DNA of 64,000 nucleotides from the NCBI GenBank assembly GCA_051294375.1, contig CM119264.1, forward strand, positions 18,395,454 to 18,459,453, read 5' to 3'. The notes beneath the pieces are model-generated. The model had not been told where the DNA came from. It saw nothing but the letters and a program-made list of their open reading frames with translations, and did not search any database. The translations under genes were made by a program, and so were the position numbers. This document shows positions 11,130-33,445 of this stretch, in pieces (the stretch's first letter is position 1; each line of letters begins with the position of its first letter). This DNA comes from Paraspadella gotoi. Taxonomy: Eukaryota; Animalia; Chaetognatha.

Positions 11130-13033
11130 AGAGAGTAGGAGAGAGGTGAGAGGAGAAGAGGAGAGAGAAGTGAGGAGTTGTAAACTGAAAAGACTATACA
11201 TATAACAAAGAAAAGGAAAGAAAGCTAATTGGAGAAACATAGGAGAAGAAAGGAAGAGAGGAAGGAGTTTTTTTTCTTTTTTTTTTCTTTTTTGACTTTT
11301 GGCTTTTGTGCGGAAAGAGGGGGGCGCACTTTTTTGTCACTGCCAGGCTGAACGCGAGGCTCCGTGACTAATCCAATCGTCCTTCTGTGATTAGATATAA
11401 AAAAGAAAAAAGAAAAAAATTTACATGCCTCTCGCCGCGCCGGGGTTTTGTTGTCGAAAATAAGCGCAGAGATTAAGAAAAGATCTTCGAGAAAAAAATA
11501 AATCGCGAAGTCAGAAAAAAAAAAACGCGGATCGAAACACGTGATCTTTAGTAGCAAACAAACTTTGCAATATTCGAGGTTTGCATAGCTATAGAATTCG
11601 CTTTCGAACTTCGCCTAACGGTGGCGTTGCTTAGTCTCTGCCGGCGTCAGAAAAAAGCTAATAAAATTACACCAGATAATCGAGCGAAAATGATGAAAAA
11701 GCAAAAGTAGGCTCACTGTTGACCATTTTTTTTAATCGGATGACGACGGGGACGTAGGGGTGCTCGTATGACTCTGACATACCGTGTTCAGGCTGTGTAA
11801 ATGATTTTATAATAGTTGAAATATCGACAGAGTTCGTTACTATATTTATTTAATATTGTGAGTAGTGAGTACAAAAGATCAAAATCTATTATGAAAAAAG
11901 AAATTAAAGCAAAAACGAAACTCGATAACGCAGTAAGAAAATAAAAGGCTCGGGTGGTTTCTGCTGTTGACAGCAAAAACTCATCGTGAGGCGACAAAAG
12001 CGACGACAACGAAAAAAAAGAACAACTTTAAAATGGATGACAAAAAAGAAAACAAAGAATTATAAAAAAGGGAAAAAAATCAAGTCAAATGAGGCTGACG
12101 AATTTTCATCCAGAACCTCACACTCGTTTTGTATTAAAAAAGATTCTTCACCGCCTTCTGAAAGTGAATGGAGTCCCATTTATTTTCTAGTTTTCTTTCT
12201 TTCTCTGCTCGTCCCTCCTCTGGCGCTTTTTCATTTATCAACTTTATATTTATAGGAACCTACGTATCTTTAACCTCAGTATCTTTAACAATTCGCAACA
12301 TTTGCATGTCTCTTACTCCTTTTGAAACTATTGATTTCGTAAAATATTTGTTCATTTTCCCAAACAAACAATATATCGTCGATTTTTATTTCCAAAAAAA
12401 AAAACTAAATACAGTGATATTTGATTGCTTCTTTGTAAACTTATTTTTAGTCATGCCTCGTAAAAATAATATTCCGTCCGCTTTCTTCTTTCATGTCTTT
12501 CTTCTTTTTTTCTTTCTTTCCAAAAACCACTCTCTTTCCATCTCGCTTTCTCTCTCAGAGATAATCTAAATCCTCTTGTCATATATCTCCATCTGGGACT
12601 GGGAAATGTGCAAATGCGGTCTTCCTAAAAAAGTGAGCTGACGACGACGAAAACGAAGACGACGACGCTGACGATAACTACGTATTTCGAGAACGAAATT
12701 GTCTTTATGTCGAATCGTTTCTTGCCAAAAAGCTTTGGTGCTTGGTATAAACTGGAATTGGGTAATGTTTTGACACCTGAGAATAGGATGTTTGTTCGTA
12801 CTATAACGAGTTGGGAAGTGAATGGTTTGTATAAGAAAAAAAGCTAGACATATTTACTATATTTGTAGTAAATAAATGCAAAAAATACAATGAATGAATG
12901 AATGAGTGAATGAATGAATGAATGAATGAAATACAAACGAACCACTCAACCGTTCACTCGCAAACTAGTTACCACTACCCAAGGCCATGCGAATTCTTTT
13001 CCTTGGAAACTTAAGAATTCTTAATTCGTTTAA

Positions 13034-13117
<84 letters not shown>

Positions 13118-14537
13118 CTCTTCTGTCTTTTTTCTTACACTCTTTCTTTTCTTCTGCAGATCTGATCTGCATAATACGGATTCGGATTTTCAAAGAGAAA
13201 ATAAAATCAAAAAAGATTTACCAAAATTAAGCTGTGGTTTATCGTATACCGCTAGTTTCATTACATGTCCAGCCCTTGCGGTCAAGAACGCACCCAATGG
13301 CTAAACCAAATTCCTAACCTACCCTTTTTCCTACCGTGCAAGAACATTTTTAATTTAAGGTCGCTATAAAGTCACTGACCCTTGAACGAACAATATCAAG
13401 CACATGAAGTTGCTCCAAATTTTCAAACGTTGCCTAATAAATATATAATCTTCGGAAAACTATTTAAAAAAAAACCCGTAAAAACGGCAAAACAAAAAAT
13501 GATTTTCCCCCCCTTCTCCCAACGAAATTGGAAGGACGCGTCTCCTTTTTCTATCACCGCCTCATTCGCTGACGTCGTTTTAAAAACGAGGCCAAGACCG
13601 AAGAGACTCGCCCATGACCCCCAAAGATGTCAGGAGCGATCGGCACCGTCGACGCAAAAAGGAAAAAATCGAGGGTCAATTCGTTGTCTTCGCTTCGTTT
13701 TTGACCCTCACTTTTTTATCTTTCTTATCTTTCTTTGGTACGAGTTAAACCGTAGATGATTTTAATGAAACAAAAGACATCTCGAGATTGTTATTTCTTG
13801 GTTATTATTGGTATTATATATATAGAGGTTACCATTTATCTTCGAATTCACAAGGGAAAAGATTGATGTATTATTGGATGATAAGTAAAAGCTAATTCTG
13901 TTTTCTCACTTTGTAGGTATCATTACGCATGGACATTTTGAATTAATATCCTTTCTGAAATTTGCCTTCTATTGACAGTTGGAGAAGTTGAATCTGTACT
14001 ATTCTGTTTTGTACTGTGATTATTTGTTTTAATGTGATTTTTTGTATTACTGCGACCCATGGCCTCTCCGGCCCGTCCAATGAATAAAACCTATTAAACC
14101 TATTAAACCTATTAATTGGTTTTTCGCCCCAAATGCAAAGAGAGAAGCGAAAAATATTTAAGTTCGATTTTAGCATGGCTTCTGACTCCCATTTACGTTA
14201 TGAAGAAACAGGTTACATTTACCGGTATAAAACTATTTCTAAAAGTATGGGAAAAAAAATCGTTTTCTGTTTCTATCTCCCTTCCTTTTTCATCTATTCT
14301 ATTCTGTAGACTACCATTTATTCCCCCGTCTTTCTCCTTTCTTTTTATTTTTTTTCCTTTTCTCCTTTCCTCCCCCAAAGCTTCCAAGCTCGACGCCGAA
14401 AAAATCACTGGAGGGAAAGTTTGTTTATCCGACGGCGTCGAGGCAACGGTTTCCATGGTGATAGCCCCCGGTGATGGCCGCGGTAGACCCCACGATTTCT
14501 TGCGGAACTTGGCGAGGGGCGTTTATGGTCCAATTTC

Positions 14538-14635
<98 letters not shown>

Positions 14636-15503
14636 AAAACCGCGGCGGGCGTACAAAATAACACTCAAACAAACAGAAAATCGCGCCGCTTCAACCACCA
14701 AGGCTGAACTCTAAATTTGGACAATTTTTTTTTTCTTCAATTTCCACGATTTGCCCTTTATCATCCACTCATTCTCTCACTCCTTCTCTTCCCCCCTTTT
14801 CGTATTCCGGATCCATGAATATCGTGAATAAGGAATGAGTCTGGGGATTCACAAGCGTCGCGAAAAAACTCTCAACATGTGAATCTCGATTGGATTTGGG
14901 TTGAGAGGGAGGAACGTCCTCGTATAAATGTTTCCCCTTTGTGAAAGATGATGGCTTATTTGTTAAATGTAGTACCAGTATAGGAATTGCTGTCGAGTCA
15001 GCTCCTCTGGCCTCCTCTTATTAATAAGAATAAATTCATTCACTATTCTACAGTATTTATTAACGTTTTTTATTTTTTTTTTGTGGAGGAGAGAGTTCTA
15101 TCACATCTATAAAAGAAACAGACAAAAAAAATAGAAAGCGATCGAATATCGGTTGACGTTTATTTCTCACACAAGTAGCAAATTCTTACTACCTCGCCAC
15201 GGATTCATGTCTCACGATTAGAAATATTGGCTCAATTTTTGTTTGTTAAAGCATTCAAACTTGTAAAACTATTTATAAGATTTTGTTAAAAAAGAATTTC
15301 GTTAGAGCAAAACTAAATAAGTCGAGAAATCTTTACAACTTTAAAAACACGATAATAAGGACTATTCATTCCTAGTATTTTGTTTTTTGTCTTTGTTGGC
15401 GAGAGGGGCGCATGGGCTTGCAAAACATTTTCAAAAGACTAACGCCAGTTTCTTCTTGTTTTGTTACTCCTTTTTCCCACTTGAGGTCGCTACTAAAACT
15501 CAC

Positions 15504-17028
15504 CGGGATTCCAGAGTTAAAATGAGTGATGTCAACCGTGGATCCATTGACAAACAAAGGCACATCCGTAGAGGTTGCAAGGTTTGTATCTGAAAGTGAT
15601 CACATTATATTCCTTTCAAACAATTGAATCTTGGTTTAATTTCACATTCGCCCACGAGGATTTGGGAAGGGTTAGGGTTAGAATAGTTATAACAAAATTT
15701 TTAAACATGATTTTTATATATGATTTCTCATAAGAAGCTAAAATCCCAGTCGGCGAAAGTAACAATTTATCGAATCATTTTAAATAAATAATGAATATAT
15801 ATATTTTACCTATTTCGTCGCAAAGGTCTTCGTCAAGCTCTTCTTCTTCGTCAAGTCTGGCAATTTTGTCAAACAGCTGTAAAGAAAAAACGACAGGCGT
15901 TAGCGAAATAAAGAATCTACAACATTAAATGTTAAAAAAAAAAATCTTTCAGCATCATGTCTTGTTTATGTTTATTCAATAAATCTTGTTTAGAAAGCTT
16001 AAATTCGTGGAATAAAAATCATACTCAACATAATAGATACATTACAATAAATCGATCAGTTTCTTATCGGATTTATCAATTTTATAATATTCAAGCCAAT
16101 CATTTATACTTTTTATTTACATTCACCCGCTTTCACACTCCCGACACCCTTCTCCATTTGTCACTCCGAATTCGTCTTTATGCGCTCAAGCGATTCTCTG
16201 TTTTCCAGTCGACCTTCGCACTTGGGCTTCCTTCATCTTTTTCTTTTCTTTTACTCCGCTCTCTCGCTTGACACTCTCCCAGCCTTTTCTTTTTTTTTTT
16301 TTAGTGAATTACTCCAATCTCTTTTCTCGCCCTTCCTCTTGCATCCTTTAACTTTTTTCCTTTCCTTTATTATGCTCTCTCTGCCTATTCTTTTTCTCTG
16401 ATGAATTACTCCTATCTCGGTTATCTCCCGTCTGCTTGCTTCCTTCTGCTTTTTCTTTTCTTTCGACATTATTCCATTTTTTTTTCTCGAATCTCCTCTT
16501 CCACAATTCCACTCTTCTTTTAAGACTGGTTCCTCCCAACCCTTTTCTTTTCTTTCTTTTTCTCTCTCCTTCGCTTAACTGTTCACACTCAAAACTCTTC
16601 CACTCTTCCACAATTCCACTCTTCTTTCAAGACTCGCTCCTCCCCTCTCTTTCGCCCTCTCTCGGCCTTTTTCGCCAGCGTCGTTTTCCGCGTCCTCGAT
16701 TTCGTCGAAAAAACCCGAAAATCTTCCAGATTTTCTCCCTTTTTTTTGTCTCGAAAAGAAGAGGGAAAGAAAGGAAGAAAAACGGAAGAAAATTAAGAAA
16801 GGAGGAAAAAAAAAACCCGGCGGGGAGAGCAAATAAATCGTCTGTACACCTAGAAACTACCAGGGAGCCAGGTGTTAATCCCCGAGTCCCAGTCGCCCCT
16901 TTCACTTTCTCATTTATCTCTTCCCGGTATAAAGGCTGTTGACGAGGCGGCTGCGGCGGCGGGGGCTGCGGCGGAGATGGAGTGATTAATAACTTGTCGT
17001 CGTCACTCGTTGTTCTCCTGGCGAGAGT
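15504..17028 (-). CDS. Putative unidentified gene, candidate exons 17028..16861, 15876..15810, 15589..15504
   Basis: Strong splice signals (ttttttctttacag| ... G|gtaaaa; ctttcag| ... CCG|gtgagt) and compatible phases give ...PSPPQPPPPQPPRQQPLY...GSL-LFDKIARLDEEEELDEDLCDEI-DTNLATSTDVPLFVNGSTVDITHFNSGIP. No family recognised. Confidence 0.5.
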
Positions 17029-18222
17029 CTTAAAATATCAGCTGACGATGACGCAGTTTCCCACAATTTTTTTTTAAATACAACGACGCCAATTCATTTA
17101 ACCGGGCCATGAGCTCGTTTGCAATCAAACGTCGGGCGCAAACTCTCGACGTTTTTCATCATCGCGGCATTTGTCGGAGTCACTCGCAGTCTTCTCTTAC
17201 TCCTTAAACCCTAGTATCACACTGGAGTTATAAATCAAAACATTTTAGAGAGAAAATGAAAATTTCGTTATATTTCACAAACATTAGTTTTGGAGAGAGA
17301 GAGAGGGAGTGTGTTTAGTTTTTCTAAATTTATCATTGTTGTACATTACCTAATGTATTGATTTTGTCTCTCTCTCTCTCTCCTTTCACTAATTTCAAAT
17401 TAACTTACTCTCTCCTTCCCTGTCCTCACCTTCACCTGTCCTTACATCTGACCACTATCCCTTACTCAATTCTTTGTTGGAAAGTTTCAAAGGACAATAG
17501 TAAGAATCGTCTTGCTCTTCCTTTCTTGTCTTTCGTCTCTCTTTGTATAAAAAAAAATAAAAAACATTAATTATTGTCGTCATTTGTCTTATTTTTCTAG
17601 GGAAAATTTTAAAAAATTGACGATATTTTTCTTGGCGAAACGATTCGATGTTTGTGTGCCGTAATTCATTTTTTTTTCTTTTGTTTTTTTCTATCTTTTT
17701 TGTTTTCTTTCTTTCTCTCTTTCTTTCTTACTTTCTTTCTCTTTCTCATACTCTTGTACTCACTTTTCTTCCCGTCTCACTTCAAGTTGAATTACAAGAG
17801 CCGGGACTAAACGTATTCTTCGTCATCATCCCGTTTCAACCCGACAGAGGTCGCAGAACAGATTCAACAGTCGACAGATTCGTTGAAGACGTAATGCATC
17901 GACTCATAACCAGAAAACGAGAATCTTCGACGAAAGAGAGAAGCAAAAGTCGAGAAACTTAAGAGCGCCATCGCCTCGCGACGTACGGGGAAAGCTTTTT
18001 ATGTCTCGAACTGAAAGAGGAAAATGAGGGTAAACAGTTTTGAAGAAGAGCGCCGAAGAAGAAGGGATTATCGCCGCGACGACGCCGTTCGCTCATTTCT
18101 CTTTAGGGGGGGGGGAAGTGCGGAGGGAAACGGGGATTTTATTGGGAAAATCTTTTTTTTTTTTTTTTTTTATGAAAAAATATTTCGCTGGGTTCAAAAA
18201 AAGATAAAAAAAAAAGTAAAAA

Positions 18223-26178
<7,956 letters not shown>

Positions 26179-26423
26179 ACAAAGCGACGACGACGACGGT
26201 GACGACCGCGGCGGCGGCAGTGACGACGACGAAGACTATTAATGTGATGACGGCGAAGAAAGAGACGAGAAACTATGTGGAGGCAATACGACGTCAAGTC
26301 CATAGTCGAGAGAGAGAGAGGAGGCAGTTTGTTTATTTACGCGTTTTAAAGATAATAAACAGAAGCGGAAAATCGGATTATCTCGTTTCTTCTTCTTCCA
26401 CTCGTTTTGTTCTTTGTCATTCC

Positions 26424-26535
<112 letters not shown>

Positions 26536-27077
26536 GAGAGACAGAGAGAGACGAGGGAGGGGGTGACGCCTGTCATCGCCGACGCCGCTGGCGCCGCTTT
26601 TCCCTGACACGCCGGAAATTTCATGGCTGCGGCCGGCGACTTCCGCTGGCGCCGCCTCTGCGACGCGGCGGCTTGAAGCTGCGCAGCCGCCGCGTTTTCT
26701 CTCGCTTCGTCATCTTGATGTCACCAAATGAGAAATAATGAGACAAATTTTAAGCCTAGAAGCAAATTACAGGAAGTAAGAAGGAAAAGAAAATGGTGGA
26801 ACAGAAGAAAATATTCATAAACAAACTAATAACACGTCTTTTTTAGTTAAATTTTCCAGTTTTTTCTTTATATTCTTTTCTTTATAAGTCATTATCGACT
26901 TTACATAATTTTAACTTTTAAGCTAAGTATTTCCAGATTCTTGCTTGAAATCTAATATTCAAGTCGTCAATCTTTTATAGTTAATGCAAAGCTAGAAATA
27001 AATTATACTAAAACATTTAGCAACAATTTTAATTATTATGAATATATTGATATTGTTTTCGGTAAAACCCTTTCATC

Positions 27078-27144
<67 letters not shown>

Positions 27145-27629
27145 ATTTTTTCTCTCGGAGTCTCTCTCTCAACGCCCATCAGAGGGCAACTGATGTTAAA
27201 CGAAGCAAAGAGGAAGATTGATTACAAATTATTACGAAAGAAGAGGATTAGAGAAAAGAGAAGAGTGAGGAGCCGGGAGGGACCGAGAGAGGGTGGTGAG
27301 GAGCCGGGAGGGAAGGGTGAGTTAAGGGTGATCAACGGGTAATGAGAAAGGATGAAGAGCATGAAGAAGAAGATGGAAGAGTAGGACGAGGACTATCATT
27401 AAAGCTGCGAGAAGGAAATTAAAGCGAAGGAACAATTAGAAGAAGATTTGAAATGCTATCCAGGAGGAAATGGCGACGAAGGAGGAGGAGGAGGAGGAGG
27501 AGGAGTAGGAGGAGAAGGTTCTTATGGGGGAATAAGAAGAGGGTCGGAGTCACAAATTAAGCCCGTCACAATTCAGCTTAATTCGCGCTTGGTTTTTTCA
27601 TCCGACTTTGCCGGAAACCAATCAAGATT

Positions 27630-28142
27630 TTAAAACGCTTTATAATCCACAGCATCAAACAGCAGATTCAACTGACAAAAATCCTCCCTAAATATTTTAA
27701 CGATTCATATCTAAACGCGAAGGCTTACCCAACAATTCCAACCAAAAGGTTCGTACTGTATGGACTCTCTCATGGTGCCGTAATAAAATCGACTGTCCAT
27801 AAAATCCGCATCTGCTGCTTCGTCTGAAAAGAAAAAGTTGCAATTAATAGTATCATCCAATTTCAAGTTAATAGGATTACATATATTGTCGATCGTTTTC
27901 TTCAATTCCTACGTATTATATATTAGTTGGTAGTGAGTTGGTTAAAACAAGTTTATTTCTGATTAAATTATCTATTGTTTTTTTTTTTTTGCAAATGCGA
28001 AATGAAATTCAAATGAGACAAAAGTTATTTATGAAATTGTTTTAAATTTCTCAAGACGAAATGTGATCGACTCACCCGACGCGGGTGTCTCGGCAACTTC
28101 GCGAATTGCGGTGAACATTTTTGAGAGGAGTTGTTGATGCAG
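27630..28142 (-). CDS. Putative 3' end of an unidentified gene, candidate exons 28142..28076, 27823..27729, 27671..27630
   Basis: taacag|...G|gtgagt; ttttcttttcag|...TGG|gtaagc; tttttgtcag|...TAA. Phases 1 and 0 are compatible: LHQQLLSKMFTAIREVAETPASDEAADADFMDSRFYYGTMRESIQYEPFGWNCWLNLLFDAVDYKAF*. Confidence 0.55.
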
Positions 28143-28633
28143 CTGTTAATTATTGACTAGAAGCGATTGCTAACATTCATAATTAGGCATGCATAAGTAA
28201 ATGAAGAATATTCTTTGAGCGTTGGGTTCATTTTCCGTCGTTCGTTTTTTTTTTTTTTTTTTTTTGGTCTCGTGATGTTTCGGATGCGTAAATGAGAATG
28301 ATGCATTCAACGTGACGCCTCCATTTTTCGATTGTTCATTCGTTGATCTTTTTTTTTTCCTTCAATTTTTGTTTGTTTGTACGATACGCTACACTTGTTA
28401 GTAGTTAAAACTAAGAAAGCGAGTGTTTTTCCTCTATATCGCATGCACGTGCAACAACGGAGTAGTACTCATCAGTGTTTTTTGCATCATTCCCATTCAC
28501 CAATCGATTGTTTTATTATTTTTCTCATCACGCGATATGGGATTCTTTTAATTTATTATTTATTTTTTGTTTTTATCCGATGTTGGAAAACGCAAACAAA
28601 AAGAGCGCGAAAAAGGAAAAAAAGTTACACCGA

Positions 28634-28745
<112 letters not shown>

Positions 28746-30580
28746 AGACTATCGGAGAAATCCACTCTTCCCTTTTTTTTTCGCTTGATACAATTTTAAC
28801 GCGCGGTTAATATGGTTTGACGAGCAAATACAGAAAAAACAAAGATGCTGTAGCGTTTCGATAATACACGTAGCATGCGAAGACAATGATGCGAGCAAAA
28901 GCCACTAATTTAAATAGGTTTTGGTTTGGCAGAGCAGCCAGCGGGGCTTCCCTTGTCTACCGAAGGAAACGAGCGAGAGAGAGAGAGAGAGAAGAGAGAG
29001 AGGAGAGAGAGAGAGAGAGAGAGAGATGAGAAGAGAGAGAGAGAATCACTTGAGTTGACGAGCGGTTTGACTGCCAATGGACAAAGGGTTGCGAAAGCAT
29101 AATTGCGTAAGCTTAACCGTCGGGCGGCGCGATGTATTTATTGCTTGCGTAGCGTTGAAATGTAGTTTGAAGGGAAGATACGATGCGTGTGACATTCGGG
29201 TGGCGCGTGGCGTTGTTTAAAGAATAAAGAGGATGTGATACTTAAGAATAGTTGGTGTTTTGCGGGTATCGTAGATATTTAGCGCGAATTAAGGAAGAAT
29301 AACAAACAATTGACGGAGACGAAGAGGGCGATTTTGCAGCAACAATAAACTTATGGAGAACCAAAGATTTCATTGGGCGGTTTGGTAAATGACCTGTCAC
29401 TGAGAGCAAGAGTTTAGAGTTAACTAACAACGAAAGCAATGTATCTGGAGAATAGTAGAACTGCTTAGATTTTGAGTTCCGGGAAAAAAAATACTATGCG
29501 ATGTAAGTATGGAAAAAACATTAATGCCGTAATGCTGTAAAAATAGAGGGAGAACGAGGAATCAGTGAAAGGAAAGAATTGCTACGCAGCGAGAGGCGAT
29601 GGGGAAAGATCGTGCGGTTGGATTTCAACGTCGCGAGCTCAAGAAATTGCGAGCACAAAGGATCCCGATCGATATTTTCTCCGCGTCATTGAAACTTGGA
29701 GACGCGAAATTGGACGGCAAATGGATGACTAATATCCCATTTCTTGCCTTTTCAAAATATTAAAATAGCTCCTCTTCTAATCCATTTGAGGCGGAATTAT
29801 ATGAATCCGTCTTTTATAATTTTTTCTTTAAAAAAAAAAAAAAAGAAATGCGGTTTTCCTTCGCTGCCCGTCACGATTTCTCTTCGGGACTACGAAAAAA
29901 TTATACGTGCGGTCGAAAGATCTAATGCCATTCACGAGTCAAAGAATCGCGATCTCGAGCGATTATACGTTGTTATTTGACGCGATAATAATTATCGTTA
30001 AATGCATTCGGTTATTATTTGATAAATAGATCGAGCTATTACCTTCCAACTCGTTCATGACGAAACCCACACTACAGATATAATTATACGAGTTACGAGA
30101 GGAGAAGTTAATATTTCGTGGTTTAAGTCGTTGAAGTCTTTTCCGTTAAAGTCTCCTTTTTTGGGAAGTTAGTGTCTTCGTTATTTTGGAGGAAGTCGAT
30201 GGGAGCGTGAGGAAGAGTGAGTCGAAGTTTAGAATGGGTGAGTCCGATGTGAGAAAGAATGAGTCGCGGGTCGTTGTGGAAGACAGGAGTGACGAATACG
30301 AAGGATGAGGGAATCGAAGGTAAGTTGAACTGAAGAGGAAATGTTTGGAAACGAAACGAAAAAAAAAATATCCATTAAAGGAAACAAAAGGTGGGCGTGG
30401 CAAGGGAGGTTGACTTGGGAAGATGGAATTGTAGCCATATATATAAACAAATAACAACGATGAATTTATTATATAACTGGATTTTTTTACGAACGAGCCC
30501 GCGATGGCGAGGCATGCACGTTTGTGCGATTCTAGTGAAGCGACGACCACGTGGGCGGCGTCGATGAAAAGGGTGAGTTT

Positions 30581-30641
<61 letters not shown>

Positions 30642-31844
30642 TGCAGATCGGTTGTTAATCGAGAGGCGATGGGGAATTTATATGGAGAGAAGTTAATTCA
30701 TTCAACACGGGAGAGTAATAAAATCTTGGTTTGTTGTTTATTACAGAAAAAGAGATTGTTATTGCGTATTTTCAATTTTAATAACTTTTTTTTTATTGAG
30801 AAGGTCTATTTTTTTTATCGAATTTAATTGTGTTGAGCCGCTCGGTTTAAGTGCAGTTTTTTTGATGACTGTTCGACGAAAATTGCTTTGATGACTTTAT
30901 TTTATTTTAAAACGGGTAAATACCGAAAAAACGGAGTGAGTTTGTTTAATGATTATTCTTTTAATTTATTGATCGGTTGAATCCTTAGGTTTTTTGTTTC
31001 TTGGTTTTTTTTTATTATTTTTGTTCTTTTTTCTTTGTTTTCTTTTATATGTTTATTATTTTCTTTTTTAAGAATAAAAATACGATAGCTATTAGCAAAA
31101 AAGGTGCGAAAAAGGCGTAAAAACTGGACGAAACAAAAATCAAATTTGAGACTAGAAGTGATTTTGTGTGGTTAAATGTAGGACCAGCTAGGAAATTGTC
31201 AAGTTGCAAAAATACATAAAGGACCTGAAACAAAAAAAAAAAGATAAATGACAATTTCTAATTAACTTATTTAAATTAATCTTTGAATCTTTGAATCAAT
31301 CACTGAAATTCATTTCATTTCCATAATTTTTTTTCTTTTGTTTTTTGTTTTTAACAAAGAAATGGTAGCGACGACGAGAATCGAGAGGTTGAGGTCACGT
31401 GTTGTCGAGCGAGGTCGCGACTGGTCACGTGTTCGCTAGAAAAGTCGAACGCTGCCGGGTCATGTCGCGCGTTTATGTCTTGGCCGTTGGGGGTCAGCTC
31501 GCCAGTTGCCGCTGTCATTTTGAGGAGAAGAGGAATGGCGCTCGTGGCGGCCAAGAGAATAAAACAGTCGTCGTCACTAGTCGTCGTCGTCGTCGTCGTC
31601 ATCGAAACTGAAAAACGAAAAGGAATCGATGCTGAGGATTTTTGATGGAGATAATTGTGCCGCTGTGGAACAACAGCTAATCGAGGTTGATGTTGTAGTC
31701 GGGACTTCAATCTCATCCTCCTCTTTGTCCTTCCCTTTTCGTTCCGTGCGAATGCATAAATGGATGTCGGAAGAATATAAGGAACGACTGTGGAAAGAGA
31801 AAAAAGGGTCGGGTTCAGTTCGAGTAGTCAGTTAGAAAAAGGGT

Positions 31845-31899
<55 letters not shown>

Positions 31900-31926
31900 A
31901 AAAATAAAACGAGAAAATTAATAATA

Positions 31927-31964
31927 TTAATAATAATAATAATAATAATAATAANNNNNNNNNN

Positions 31965-31997
<33 letters not shown>
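31927..31997. repeat. (AAT)n microsatellite containing a 10-N assembly gap (31955-31964)
   Basis: Directly visible. Confidence 0.95.
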
Positions 31998-31999
<2 letters not shown>

Positions 32000-32654
32000 A
32001 ATGATCGTGCAAATATCCTCAAGCAATTATAATCTCAATTATTTTATCACAAACTCTATGATCTGAAACTTAGATTACCTTTTTTTAAATAATTATCGAT
32101 TTTTGAGTTTTCGAAAACGTTATCGTCTTCATAGTTGAGCGAAAATAACAGAACATCAACCTCACCGTAAATAAAATCATATAATTTTTTCGAGTCTTCA
32201 TCAGCGCTGATAAAGACTCGAAAAAATAACCAAAAAAAACTAAAAAACTAAAAAAATGTGTAAACAAATAAACTTTGTTTTCTCGTAATTGCGTTGTGTT
32301 GGGGTTATAAATTAAAATTTGAAAAACAAGATTCTGAGAGCCTTTTATCTGAAGTCCTCGTCCCATTTTTATTTTTTCATTTGATGATGTTTTCGGTGGC
32401 AAACGATCAGGTTTAAATGAATTGGTCCAGTTTTTATCGCGAAACAGAAATAAATACTTTTCCTTCATATCTTTTAAAGGAACTGGAGTAAAGGATACCA
32501 AAAAAATCCATAATCACTGGGCGCCTACTAGGTACGATTTTAAAATATTTTTTGCTGAAACTTCTTTACTAGGTTTAAAAGTACCAGATTAAGTCAAACA
32601 TTTTTTCCTAAGATTTCTCCACAACCTGAGGTCCGACACAAACAAAACGTGAGA

Positions 32655-32790
32655 TTATGGCAACAGCCGGGTTACTTGCGATGCCCATTGGGATGGGGCA
32701 TCCCACTATTAGCTTTGGGGGCTTCCGACCCTCAGTGACGCCTCCAGTCACTGTCGCGGTTACCTTAGGACGGTCTAGGACCGCCACAAG
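32655..32790 (-). mobile_element. SINE-like fragment structurally related to the 18722 element
   Basis: Same CAGTGAC/GTCRCTG and GATGCC/GGCATC stems, a GGTC..AAGCCC block and GTTGCCATAA end at matching spacing. Confidence 0.5.
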
Positions 32791-33229
32791 ATTAACAATA
32801 TTTACGTTATTCCACATCTACCGATATAAAAATATAAGACGAAAACGACTGGCTTCTTTGGAGATAAAAGCCTCCTCCAGAGACCCTAATCAATTATGCG
32901 ATAGAAGTAACCTAAATTTAAAAAGATTAGAATAAGAAGACAAAGGTCATTTCATCTTTTAAAGCAGCCGTAAACTCAATGCAGATCTGAGATCACGCTT
33001 AACAGTAACGCGCGTTCACAAAGGCCGAAACAAAGGCTCCGTCAATTTGTCAATTTTAACAACAATCACGGGGACGATTTGTTCTGTGTGGATTGGAATC
33101 GCTCTGAATGTTCGCCCTTTCCATTCTCCTCATTCGCTGCTCGTCATCACTCCCCTCGACGTAAACCTGTCCTCGCCTAATTAGGCGGAAAATCATAATT
33201 CACTCGGCGTCGGGAACGAAGCGATGAGC

Positions 33230-33445
33230 GTCTCTTGGCAACCCGCGCCACCGCCTGGCAACCACCGTTGCCTGACAACGCGCGAAGCCTGGCATCGAGC
33301 ACCGACGTCACGCTCCGAAACTAAAGCAGTTTACGCCCCGCCGAATCTTTGCCACGGCGCCCGAGTGGCCCGTTTTTTTTTTTGTCACAGTGTCCAGTGT
33401 TCCACGGTGACCACTTGCCGCAAGAATCGTTGTCACGGAGATTTT
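33230..33445. promoter_or_regulatory. Cluster of RFX X-box-like motifs in a CpG-rich patch
   Basis: GTCTCTTGGCAAC (33230), CCGCCTGGCAAC (33251), GTTGCCTGACAAC (33267), GTTGTCACGGAGAT (33429). Confidence 0.4.

Noticed and set aside
14055-15520. Glycosyltransferase-8-like words on the minus strand (HFNSG, DMNPWR, IHW.GPERPW)
   Set aside because: Joining them needs frameshifts or poor splice sites and I found no DxD motif; probably chance. An HMM search against Glyco_transf_8 would settle it.
27745-27810. C2H2 zinc-finger-like LRHHERVHT in an alternative frame
   Set aside because: The first Cys is missing, the spacing is off, and the frame is incompatible with the upstream exon phase.
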